Virus record (IMG/VR): IMGVR_UViG_3300025697_000091
Coordinates: 1 to 31,920 of that record
DNA: 31,920 bases
Source of the DNA: a virus
Taxonomy: Duplodnaviria; Caudoviricetes
Direction: 5' to 3' (one strand)
In this document: positions 15,755-25,162 of the stretch, piece after piece
How the letters are laid out: each line of letters begins with the position of its first letter
Position numbering within the stretch: the stretch's first letter is position 1
Program-made: the position numbers and the translations under genes
The notes under the pieces: model-generated
What the model was told of the DNA's origin: nothing
Seen by the model: only the letters and a program-made list of their open reading frames with translations
Databases searched by the model: none

Positions 15755-16660
15755 CTATTTGAACATCTCACCAGCGTTACCACCTGTAACCTTCAAGTGT
15801 GCTTCATGAGCCTCTTTAGTCTTCTTGTGGCAAATGTTCAAGGACATCCCAGACATACGAGTAGTAGTATCGAATGATACTTCAGTTCCATCCTTACCCG
15901 TAAACTTAGTCAGAGAAATCAGTTGTGTCTTCATAGCGGCCTTGTCACCATTGTTCATCTCAGTGAGCCAAGCTGTTATATCCTTACGCTTAGTAGCGTC
16001 ACCAGACTTGTCAACAGGAGGCTTGTTCTGTGGACTGCCACCGCCACCACCATAAGATACACTGTGAATCAGGTTGGGTTTGCCACCATGTTTTGCTATG
16101 ATCTCAGCAAGCTTATCGGTCTTAATGCCACGCAGACCAAGCATTTGCTTGATGCCGTTACCGATACAAATATGCCTGGCAGCAGCCCTTATATCGTTCT
16201 CATTGATGTCCTCTAACGCCCTCCAGCCATCCTTCTTAGTATAGCCAAGGAACCTATCCCTTGTGCCATAAACACCCTCACAGGGCAGGTTACGGCCCCA
16301 CAGATAAGCGGTAGCAGAACAGATGTATGTGTACCACGGACCCTTACCGTCAGAGCCAGAGTTCTTCTTAATAGTCCAGTTATCAAAAGTGAATGGTAGA
16401 TGCTTCAGGAATCTCTCTGCACCAGCAGAACTCAAACAGGCAGTACCATCATGGTCTATCCAATCCCCTTCGTGACAGATGTTTATGAAGGTAGCCATAA
16501 TAGCGGCCTCTGCTCTTGCGGCATTCTTAGATGCACCTTCAAGTTGCGCAACAAACGCATCGTCAAAGACTTGTAAATTGTTTACCGCCCCACCCTTATC
16601 ATTCTCAATCGGTACAATCGTACCATCATCTACACTAACATCATGGATTTCATCTTGCAT
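15755..16660 (-). CDS. putative single-strand annealing / recombination protein
   Basis: Directly upstream of the exonuclease; LSSAGAERF alpha/beta N-domain, Gly linker, small C-domain; assignment mainly from context; start reassigned to 16660. Confidence 0.5.
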   Translation of the reverse strand: MQDEIHDVSVDDGTIVPIENDKGGAVNNLQVFDDAFVAQLEGASKNAARAEAAIMATFINICHEGDWIDHDGTACLSSAGAERFLKHLPFTFDNWTIKKNSGSDGKGPWYTYICSATAYLWGRNLPCEGVYGTRDRFLGYTKKDGWRALEDINENDIRAAARHICIGNGIKQMLGLRGIKTDKLAEIIAKHGGKPNLIHSVSYGGGGGSPQNKPPVDKSGDATKRKDITAWLTEMNNGDKAAMKTQLISLTKFTGKDGTEVSFDTTTRMSGMSLNICHKKTKEAHEAHLKVTGGNAGEMFK

Positions 16661-16709
16661 AATAACGCCCTTTCCAGTTTGAGTAGTTTTTATTCTTTCC
16701 AACAGGGTA

Positions 16710-16737
16710 ATTATGAACCATAGAATCAGGAAGTCAA
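16710..16737 (-). promoter_or_regulatory. sigma70-type promoter for the recombination/replication operon
   Basis: TTGACT (16737-16732), 16 nt spacer, CATAAT (16715-16710), AT-rich upstream; at a module boundary. Confidence 0.5.
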
Positions 16738-16752
16738 ATTAAAAATGATAAA

Positions 16753-19700
16753 TTATTTTAGATTCTTGCGTAACTGCTCAACGTTTCCTTGAACAAGCTG
16801 GCTTCTCACCCTCAGTTTATTGTATTCAACTTGGGCCTTATCGAGCTGACCACTGCTCTCAAGAAGTTTGATATTTTTCATCGCACTTGACGCGTCTTCA
16901 GCGGTTACTCTCTTTAATTCTCTCAAGCTACGCATGTTTCCAATCGTTGGCTTCTTAATATTATATGTGGAGTAATTATTTAAGAATGCTTCAGCAAATA
17001 GCTTGCCGCCCAATTTGTGCATGTCATATATCTCTTGCTTATTAAGAATAATTGCAGGCTTGGTTAAACGGTCTGCCTTTTCTTCGGCAGGGAAACCTCT
17101 TTGCATCTCTGAAAACCATGTACGGTCGTCAATATGTTTTTTATTCCAGTTATCAACCATCCTAAGTGCGTCATAATCTTTTCCAGTCGGAATGGCCCTT
17201 GTAATGGATGGTGAGCAGAAAGACCTCATGAATACAGCTAAGTCAGAATCGCCAACTCTCTCTATGTCTTCACCTAGACAATCTGTAACAGGAGGTGGTA
17301 CTGTTTCTGATGTTCCAGTCGAATAACCAATGCTCTGTGATAAATTTTCTAGAAATCCTTTTGTCTTGTCAGTACGCATATTCCTGACCTTTTTGTCAGT
17401 AGCCCTGAACGTAGCACTCCAAAGGTTAGGGATGGCCATTCGTGCCAAATCCTGGAGGAACTTGTCCCCATAGGTTTCAGTATCCATAACCGCTTTAACC
17501 AAATTGCCAATGCCCTTCATAAACGATTGGTCGTAAATAACACCTGTAGTTCTGGAAACCCACCCTTTCCACAAGTTATTCGTCTTCTTGTTAAAGTCCC
17601 TCAACTGATCTACGTCCATCTTAGACGTATCGTAATTAAGACGCTGGAAAAGTTCTTTTACTGCACTAGCGGTATTTACGGTTATCCCTAACGCAGTAGA
17701 ATGTGGACCAAAGTTTTCGTAAGAATGCCACTGGCCAAATAAGCGAATGCTTCCGGGCGGCTTGATGGGCCTCATGGTATTTGCTTCCTTTCGTTTCCCC
17801 TGTCTGTAATCACGCGTTGGCGTTATTCTATCATCGTCCAAGAGGGATGCCGCTACAGCAAACATCATCAGACCTGTTACAACCTCGCCAAGATCGGTAA
17901 CTGCCTCCTGTGCTGAATAATGTTTTTCATCTATAGCAGACCGCAATCCCTTTATACCCATCTTCGGTACGCCCAGCACTGTATTGCCAATTGCTAATTT
18001 AGTTAATTGGTATGGCGTTTTCAAGAACGGAACAATTAGCTGCGCAGGTTTCATGCCTAATATTCTGAAGTTTCGTGCCTTCATAAGCGATTGCTCAAAA
18101 GCATCTCCTTCAGCCTGGAAGGTGACTCTATACATATCGCCTTCTGCAATAGCTCTCTCCCATGAAACACTGTCCATGTCGTGCATCTGCTCTTGAACAA
18201 ATTCCTTGAATGCCTTACCATCTAATGCCAGGTTTTTTTCTTGGGCAAACCTTGCGGCGGCCATAGCTACAACCGCATGTGAATAGGCTGTTTTAACAAA
18301 CTGGTCGCCTACAGCAGATGGCCTCATTCCGACACCCCTGACAATCTTACCACCAACACGACCAGTTGCTTTGCCAATCCTGCCGCCAAGAGGACCAAAA
18401 GCCGCACCCAACACCTTTCCTATGAACTTCCCGTTCATCGCAGGATTATTATACATATATACGTTTTTTGAGTTTTGAAGATTGCCTGTCATTAGTTCAA
18501 GAGCAGGCTGTCCATACATCGCCGTTAATTTAGCGAATTCGATTGACCTTGCCCATGTTTCTCTGCTGGTTATAGCTTGCCATAAAGCAGGCAATTCTTT
18601 CCATGTACTATTAGATACAGTAGTTTCCCCGTTCAGCTTTGCGATACCTATTCGTAAAGGAATCAACGCCGCCTTCGCAGCTAAGTCCGTAATTGCATAA
18701 GTACCAGAAAGAAGGTTTCTTAAAGGCGTTATAGGAGCAGACATAAGATTGCACCTTATTAGCTCCATGCCGGTATCCCAGTAGTTAGCGTCAGAATTCA
18801 CTAACTCGATTTCTGTCATCATCTCGAACATAATACGAGGGTCATTCTTGATCTGTTCATTTAACGCCTCAAGACTTGTTAAATCAACGCCCCACTCTAA
18901 GAACTTTTTCCGTAACTCCATTATCTGATCGCGCTGACCGTTATTGATTTCTTTAATCTTATTGAGATGTTTTAACGCCTTACCGGGTAGTCCAGCGTCC
19001 TGTGCTTCCTTGGCAAGCTTCTTTTGCTTCGCTATTGATTCTCGGATACTGCGAGGGACGTACTTCATATACTGTAAGACTAGTTGGGCCTTTGAATCAA
19101 ACTGTCTCATAAGGCCAGAACTCATTACAAGTATCTGGCCATGCAAAGTCTTTATTACCTCCCTGTTGCTATCCATCCTAAGACCTTCCATTACTACATC
19201 TTCGTCACCCTCTAGAAAGCCTTTATTGCCAATCTCCTCTGTTAGAATCTGCATCGCACCTTCTTCTTCCGGTGTCGAAGCAGCTTGTTCATTCGCTATC
19301 TTATTTAATAGGCGTTCACGCTCCGCAGGGTTAGCAAGTATTTCTTTTGCCTTCTTCCATATCTTCTGCTTTGTGGTCTTCGCAGTTCCACGCCTTATCT
19401 CAGTAACCGCTGCAATCATCTGGCGGGTAGCTTCTGTTTCTCCAGGATTCCTTATATCCTTCGCACCAACATCTTTTATATCGAGTTCGCCAGACTGCAA
19501 CTTTTTTAATATCGGCATTGCCTGTTGTGCGGCTTCTTCAGCAGTCGCTGGCCCTTTAGGAGGCGTAGGTGCTTTCTTCCTCTTTTTCTTCCCTTTCTTC
19601 TGTGCTGGTTCGATTTGTAGGTCTTGCAAAAGCTGTTCGGCAATAGCAGATGTTTTTGGTTTCTTTGTTCCCTCTGTTGGTTGGGCGTTTGACTGCGTTT

Positions 19701-22068
19701 TATTAACATCTGCCCATATCTTATCAAGGTGCGGACTTATATTCTTACCCAGGTCTGCTATCATCTTTGCAGACCATTCGGCAAAACTGATCGCCTTCCC
19801 TTTAGCCGCTATCGCTAAACTCTCAAGGTGATATGCACCAATACGAAGTGCTTTTGCAAACCTTACAGGGTCTATACCTGCTGACAGAGTACTGCCACCC
19901 ATAACATCTTTCTTGTCCTGCTGATATTGCTCGTCAGAGAATATCCTTTTAGACGCAGGCGTTGCCTTTCCAACATCACCCTTCTCTAACACCTGTCCAA
20001 TCACTTCCCCGTCCTTCCCTATTATCTGCCCTTTGCTGTCAACCTTGGGAACATAAGCATCAGGCGGCCCCATCTGCTCCTGCTGCATCTGGGCAGGAAG
20101 TTCCGTGCTTGGGAACGGGGTATATTGCGGGCCAACTGTTTCTGTCTTTTGTAACAACTCCATTGCCGTAGGCGATGATGTTTGCCCCTTCTCCTGTGGA
20201 GCAACCCTAACGAAGTTATTCCCCTTCGGTTTATTGCTAACAGTTATCACTCTACCGCCAGAATCCTGAACAACATACAAGGGCTTACCCCCTTGGTCGG
20301 CCTGCTCTTGAGCCACATTAACCGCATCATTTATAGAACTATCAGCCACCTCTGTAGATAAAGACTTGAGTATTGCTATTTCGCCTTCTAACTCTAATAG
20401 CTTACCCACAGCAACATCTTCTTGCCCACCCATTGCCTCTGTTTGGATTTCCTCCGTTATCTGCTTCTCTCGGATTCTATGATATAGTTTAATGTCTTCC
20501 GGGCTGACCTCTCTCTCAAAAGCGTTTCTCTGGATTCTCTTGAGAATATTATGTTCTTTCCGCTGTCTTGTGCTGTCCTGCTTCTTCTGTAACCTCGTTC
20601 TCCCCGGTACAACAATAGGTTCAGGAGCCTTTGCAGGAGCAAGACCCTCTGCCATGTTCTTATCAATAGATTCATCTGACGCAGGAACAAAGTCTCCCCC
20701 CTCTTGCTTGTTCTTATCAATAGCTTCTCTAACTGCTGTCCGTGCCTCTTGTTCCTCTATTCCTAACTCATCTACCATCTTCTTAGTGAGGATGTCTTCT
20801 GTTGCCGTTTCCTGCGATTGTTGTAATAGATCAGCCTGCTCGTCCTGATACTCCATATCTTCTATGTATGGGAACTGAGATTTAGCATGATTAACCTGCA
20901 TAGGAGAGGTTCCCACCCCTATTATCCCCTCTAAGAAACCACCGCCCAGCATGGCATTCATTATCTCGCTACGACCTTCTGCGTCGAACACTTTATAATT
21001 CCTATCAATCCACTTTATTGCGGCCCTTTCGATGACAGTCTGTGCGCCCTCTGTCCCTGAACCTATGAAGTATTGCTTTGCTCCCTCTTTGCCAGCAGTC
21101 AGGAGATAGCCATCTTTAACTAACTCCCTGACAACAGCTCCTTTTGCCTTCTTGCCGTACCCAGTACGGTTTAGGACTCGCATAACAGGAAGATAATCTA
21201 ATATACCCGCTATGGTTCCAAAAGCTATAGCAGTCTTAGCCTCTTTCTTTCCTCTGAGTCCCCTGTCAGACATATCCCCATAAATGAAGCCTGTCTCTAA
21301 AGCACTTCCAACTAACATCCCCCCTATAGGACCACTTAATACACCAGCACCATAAAGAGCCGTCAGGATGGGGGTTTGTTTGCCTATAAAATTACCTGCT
21401 AAATGAACAAAGTCTTTGAAGCTTTTTACATCTTCAACCCTATTTATCGTAGTACCCCATTCACGACCACTGGCCATCTCCTTTAACTCCCGAGCTTGCC
21501 TCATAAAAGAGTCGGCCTTTTTCTGGTTTCCAGTTAAAGTATAGACAACCTCGTTGAGGCTTTTACCGGCAGCCCCAACAGTCATAATTCCTTGGCCTAA
21601 ACTAGCAGCGTAATCACGTTTCACGCTACGGGCAGGGGGCCCAACATACTCGTCAACGAATCGGCCATGTTTCCCGGCCAACGCTTCTGGCGAATACAAA
21701 CCCGGTTCCGGTACTGTAGGTTTCAACTCGTCAGGAATCTCAAATCCAGACGGTGCTGTGGATGGGTCAGCCGGTATATCCCACCCTAGCGATGCCGTGT
21801 CCAAATCAACAGGTTGAGGCGATGTAGGCTGAACTATCTCCCTCGGTGGATGTTCGCCCATTTGAACATCAGATACATCTAACCCAGGCTCAAACCCATC
21901 TGGCGGTTGAATTAGTTGATGATTCATCCGTTGCCGGTTATTCATGCTATTATAAGTGTCAACAGTTGCTTCCCGGTCCAATAAACTACGAGCGGTTACG
22001 CCTTGGTCATCTGGTGTTACTGTAGTCGTATCGTTGGTGCTGTCGAGCAGTTCTCTTGCCGTTACCAT
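16753..22068 (-). CDS. large internal virion / DNA ejection protein (1771 aa)
   Basis: Last and largest gene of the structural operon; Gly/Ala-rich hydrophobic helices in the N-terminal part, helical C-terminal half; no catalytic motif recognised. Confidence 0.7.
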   Translation of the reverse strand: MVTARELLDSTNDTTTVTPDDQGVTARSLLDREATVDTYNSMNNRQRMNHQLIQPPDGFEPGLDVSDVQMGEHPPREIVQPTSPQPVDLDTASLGWDIPADPSTAPSGFEIPDELKPTVPEPGLYSPEALAGKHGRFVDEYVGPPARSVKRDYAASLGQGIMTVGAAGKSLNEVVYTLTGNQKKADSFMRQARELKEMASGREWGTTINRVEDVKSFKDFVHLAGNFIGKQTPILTALYGAGVLSGPIGGMLVGSALETGFIYGDMSDRGLRGKKEAKTAIAFGTIAGILDYLPVMRVLNRTGYGKKAKGAVVRELVKDGYLLTAGKEGAKQYFIGSGTEGAQTVIERAAIKWIDRNYKVFDAEGRSEIMNAMLGGGFLEGIIGVGTSPMQVNHAKSQFPYIEDMEYQDEQADLLQQSQETATEDILTKKMVDELGIEEQEARTAVREAIDKNKQEGGDFVPASDESIDKNMAEGLAPAKAPEPIVVPGRTRLQKKQDSTRQRKEHNILKRIQRNAFEREVSPEDIKLYHRIREKQITEEIQTEAMGGQEDVAVGKLLELEGEIAILKSLSTEVADSSINDAVNVAQEQADQGGKPLYVVQDSGGRVITVSNKPKGNNFVRVAPQEKGQTSSPTAMELLQKTETVGPQYTPFPSTELPAQMQQEQMGPPDAYVPKVDSKGQIIGKDGEVIGQVLEKGDVGKATPASKRIFSDEQYQQDKKDVMGGSTLSAGIDPVRFAKALRIGAYHLESLAIAAKGKAISFAEWSAKMIADLGKNISPHLDKIWADVNKTQSNAQPTEGTKKPKTSAIAEQLLQDLQIEPAQKKGKKKRKKAPTPPKGPATAEEAAQQAMPILKKLQSGELDIKDVGAKDIRNPGETEATRQMIAAVTEIRRGTAKTTKQKIWKKAKEILANPAERERLLNKIANEQAASTPEEEGAMQILTEEIGNKGFLEGDEDVVMEGLRMDSNREVIKTLHGQILVMSSGLMRQFDSKAQLVLQYMKYVPRSIRESIAKQKKLAKEAQDAGLPGKALKHLNKIKEINNGQRDQIMELRKKFLEWGVDLTSLEALNEQIKNDPRIMFEMMTEIELVNSDANYWDTGMELIRCNLMSAPITPLRNLLSGTYAITDLAAKAALIPLRIGIAKLNGETTVSNSTWKELPALWQAITSRETWARSIEFAKLTAMYGQPALELMTGNLQNSKNVYMYNNPAMNGKFIGKVLGAAFGPLGGRIGKATGRVGGKIVRGVGMRPSAVGDQFVKTAYSHAVVAMAAARFAQEKNLALDGKAFKEFVQEQMHDMDSVSWERAIAEGDMYRVTFQAEGDAFEQSLMKARNFRILGMKPAQLIVPFLKTPYQLTKLAIGNTVLGVPKMGIKGLRSAIDEKHYSAQEAVTDLGEVVTGLMMFAVAASLLDDDRITPTRDYRQGKRKEANTMRPIKPPGSIRLFGQWHSYENFGPHSTALGITVNTASAVKELFQRLNYDTSKMDVDQLRDFNKKTNNLWKGWVSRTTGVIYDQSFMKGIGNLVKAVMDTETYGDKFLQDLARMAIPNLWSATFRATDKKVRNMRTDKTKGFLENLSQSIGYSTGTSETVPPPVTDCLGEDIERVGDSDLAVFMRSFCSPSITRAIPTGKDYDALRMVDNWNKKHIDDRTWFSEMQRGFPAEEKADRLTKPAIILNKQEIYDMHKLGGKLFAEAFLNNYSTYNIKKPTIGNMRSLRELKRVTAEDASSAMKNIKLLESSGQLDKAQVEYNKLRVRSQLVQGNVEQLRKNLK

Positions 22069-23295
22069 TTATTTCATCCTTTTAATATCTTCTGGGGTAA
22101 TTGCTCCGGCGGCCACTCTTCTATTGAATGTCTTCCTGTCTGTAGGTGATAACGCCTGATATGATGCTTTCGTCTGCCATTTTTGGAGAGTCATAGTTAC
22201 CCCTGTTTCAGAATCTCTCTGTACAGCAACCTTACCACTTGCAATAAGATGGGCATAGTCCGCAACCTTACGAGCAAGCTTGTCGCTTTTCATATCTTTC
22301 ATTTCATCGTAGTCCCATTTTGGACTAACCGGAAGGTCATCCATTTGACGCAAAGCATCAAGGTCAGCTTTAGTTAGCTTTTCACCTTTGAATATATTTT
22401 TCACTTTACGGGCAACAGCAGACCTTAACCTTGTCATCTTAAAAGCCTCTAGGTAATCCTTATTAACCCATGCCGACGAGCCAGAATACGGAGAATCTTT
22501 CATCCCTACATAGGGCAATTCCAAGACCTTAAAGAGTTCTGGCTCATTACTTCTGGTAACTTCTGTGTAGTTAGGTGTCTCGCCCTCTGGAATATTACCT
22601 GCATCACTTTTCGTGGTAGTTTCAAGTACGTTAGAAACGCGTTTAAGGTTATCTGCTGAATTGTTAGCATAACCAATGATACTGTCCCGAACCTTCGGGA
22701 ACAGCGTCTTATAGTTTTTTGCCGCTATCTTTTTCTGCTCGGCAGCCTTTAGCCTACTGGTGTAATTGCCTTGATAGGCCGGTGTTTCTACCGCCGTAGG
22801 AGTACCCATTGGGGCAACTGTAGGTTGTTGTGTCCCTATCGCACTGGGTATTAAATCGCCCAGCCCCATACCGAAACCGCCTAAGTCCGTGTCGTAAGGT
22901 GAAGGTGTAGGTGTCTGCGTTGGTGTAGCATTCGGCTGCTGTTGATTAGGAACATTAGCCCCATCATCTAAGATATTCCCCAAGAGCTCTACACCTAATC
23001 CAGTGTCTATAGCACCCGCTGCTTTAGCAATGTTAAATCGGTCAAGCCGCTGCTGCCGTAGCTGTTCTGCTGCATCTTGTTTCTTATCGTCCTCGTTTTT
23101 AGACACATTCAGATCGTAGTTCCGTTGGGCATTCTTCTGTTGCCACGCGTCCCTCGCAGCGACACGCTCTTCCTGCTTACGCAACTGGTCGTAATACTGC
23201 TGCCTCTGCTGTATCTGCTGATAACCCATCATGGCGTTACCGACACCTGTGGACATCATAGATAATCCCTGTAATGCTCTGCCTATATCTGCCAT
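22069..23295 (-). CDS. internal virion / ejection protein (408 aa)
   Basis: Gln-rich helical N-terminus, Pro/Thr linker; middle of three genes after the nozzle. Confidence 0.62.
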   Translation of the reverse strand: MADIGRALQGLSMMSTGVGNAMMGYQQIQQRQQYYDQLRKQEERVAARDAWQQKNAQRNYDLNVSKNEDDKKQDAAEQLRQQRLDRFNIAKAAGAIDTGLGVELLGNILDDGANVPNQQQPNATPTQTPTPSPYDTDLGGFGMGLGDLIPSAIGTQQPTVAPMGTPTAVETPAYQGNYTSRLKAAEQKKIAAKNYKTLFPKVRDSIIGYANNSADNLKRVSNVLETTTKSDAGNIPEGETPNYTEVTRSNEPELFKVLELPYVGMKDSPYSGSSAWVNKDYLEAFKMTRLRSAVARKVKNIFKGEKLTKADLDALRQMDDLPVSPKWDYDEMKDMKSDKLARKVADYAHLIASGKVAVQRDSETGVTMTLQKWQTKASYQALSPTDRKTFNRRVAAGAITPEDIKRMK

Positions 23296-23308
23296 TGCTG
23301 GTATCTCC

Positions 23309-24808
23309 TTATAGCTGGCTCAACTGTTTCCAGTCTGCCACCTTCTCTTGTGATGGTAACATTGGCTGGTTTGCACCAAACATCGCCTGCATGAACTGCT
23401 GTAAGCCCATTACTCTTTCCATAGTTTTATCGGCACCAAAACGATTGTTAGTATATGCAGGTTGTCCCATCCCAATATTCTCAGGATGTGCCATTAAGTC
23501 TCTGTTAATTTTCGTTTCTCCAGGCGTGTCAGGGTTTATACGCCCGCCCTGGGCAAACCTTTGAACTGTCAACGGATTCTGACCAGTAGAGCCGCCAATT
23601 GGATTTGGGCTATATTGCGTATTTGGGAACGATGTAGCCAACTGAGGCTGTAACTGGGCAGCTAACGCATCGTATTGCTGACCGCTAACATCACCACCAA
23701 GCTGCCTAAACTCTTGCAACTGACGCAATGGGTCTAAGGCATCACCGAACATATCGTTAAGAATAGGCATCGCCTGTAGTTGACGGTTATAGTTAGCCTC
23801 AAAAGCCTGTGTCTCTCTATCCCTTCCAGCAGTCTGCATAGCTGACCTCTGAGCCTCTAACCCTTGGGCCATATCTCCCAACTGTCGAGTAATATATCGA
23901 GGTGTTTCCTCACCTGTAGCACTACCAGACATCAACGCCTGCTCCCTCATAAACGGGGATAGGTTGTTTTGGAAGTTCTGCATAGCCGGGTCGAATACCT
24001 GTGCCTGGAACTCCTGATTAACCACATTAGGGTCATATTGATATGTTGGCCCCTGATTTAAGACCCTACTGGCCATCTCACCGCCAATCGGCCCTTTAGC
24101 CTTTAATGCCCCTGCCGTCTGGTCTGCATTGAATAATGGCTGCTGGGATAGCGTATTTGGTAACGCATACTGTGACCCCGGATAAGAGGGTTGATACTGC
24201 TGTGGCTGATAGTTAGCTAGATTAGTACCAGAGTCACCATCCTTGCCTCTGCCGCCTCCGTGGTCGCCTCCAGCACCCACAGAACCCCCTACACGCCCTC
24301 CCTCAGCCTTTGGCTGTATAGCTATCTCTTTGTCGCCGCCGACCTGCTGTGGCCCCTTACCGGCTGCCATAGAAGCGGGGAGGTTCTTATTGGGAACAAC
24401 CGTACCCTTAGATGCAGGGTCAAAGAACTCTGGCCCTGATTCGCCAATCATATTCATTCTACCAGCGTCAGATACGAACAACTCCGGTCCTATCTCACCT
24501 ACCAGATTGATAACGTCAGTCTGAGGTCTGCCACCCTCTGCAAAAGTCAGAGATTCCGGCACATTCTTAGGTGTAACCTCTAACGCCATCATCATCATAC
24601 GATTATATAACTCTTGCTCCATCGGATTAGCCGCTGGCTTAATCAGTCCAGTATTGACCGGAGGGGCAGGCATCTCTGGGTCGTCGCCACCGAACATCAT
24701 CCCTGCGCCACCCATGACACTACCAAGGCCAGCAAGGCCCATGCCGACACCACCAAAATCAAATCCGGGTACTTCTTTGGGTAAAGCTGCATCATATCCC
24801 ATAGACAT
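23309..24808 (-). CDS. internal virion / pilot ejection protein (499 aa)
   Basis: Gly/Met-rich hydrophobic N-terminus, Gln-rich body, no Cys, repeated A(E/Q)GGR motifs. Confidence 0.65.
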   Translation of the reverse strand: MSMGYDAALPKEVPGFDFGGVGMGLAGLGSVMGGAGMMFGGDDPEMPAPPVNTGLIKPAANPMEQELYNRMMMMALEVTPKNVPESLTFAEGGRPQTDVINLVGEIGPELFVSDAGRMNMIGESGPEFFDPASKGTVVPNKNLPASMAAGKGPQQVGGDKEIAIQPKAEGGRVGGSVGAGGDHGGGRGKDGDSGTNLANYQPQQYQPSYPGSQYALPNTLSQQPLFNADQTAGALKAKGPIGGEMASRVLNQGPTYQYDPNVVNQEFQAQVFDPAMQNFQNNLSPFMREQALMSGSATGEETPRYITRQLGDMAQGLEAQRSAMQTAGRDRETQAFEANYNRQLQAMPILNDMFGDALDPLRQLQEFRQLGGDVSGQQYDALAAQLQPQLATSFPNTQYSPNPIGGSTGQNPLTVQRFAQGGRINPDTPGETKINRDLMAHPENIGMGQPAYTNNRFGADKTMERVMGLQQFMQAMFGANQPMLPSQEKVADWKQLSQL

Positions 24809-24820
24809 ATCTATAACTCC

Positions 24821-25162
24821 TTATGGGCCAACCGGAATAGCGGTCAACCCGACGTAGTACATGACTCCGCCTAACATAACTTGTAATTCGTGACTTTTAC
24901 CATGCGAAAACTTTATCTCACCGTTATCTATATTGTCTGCAATAGTCCAAGTATCTGCTCGAACTTCATGTCTCGATCTCCCTTGGGATAAATCCTTATA
25001 TAGATTAGATGATAGACCCTCAATTGAAGCCTGAAGATGTTGTAGATATGAGGTCAATATCCCCACATCATTCTTAACGTCTTCCAGCGTAGCTTCCTGA
25101 CCTTTAACCTGCGAAGCAAGCACTGGTATCTTAGGCAACGATATTATCTGTGTGTGATTCAT
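24821..25162 (-). CDS. small tail-associated hypothetical protein
   Basis: TAATG coupling to the nozzle gene; short coiled coil then beta-rich end. Confidence 0.6.
   Translation of the reverse strand: MNHTQIISLPKIPVLASQVKGQEATLEDVKNDVGILTSYLQHLQASIEGLSSNLYKDLSQGRSRHEVRADTWTIADNIDNGEIKFSHGKSHELQVMLGGVMYYVGLTAIPVGP

Noticed and set aside
18944-19831. Long + strand ORFs (295 aa here; also 2056-2691, 6497-7009, 12675-13046)
   Set aside because: Antisense shadows of well-supported - strand genes with Ser/Phe/Leu-rich mirror composition
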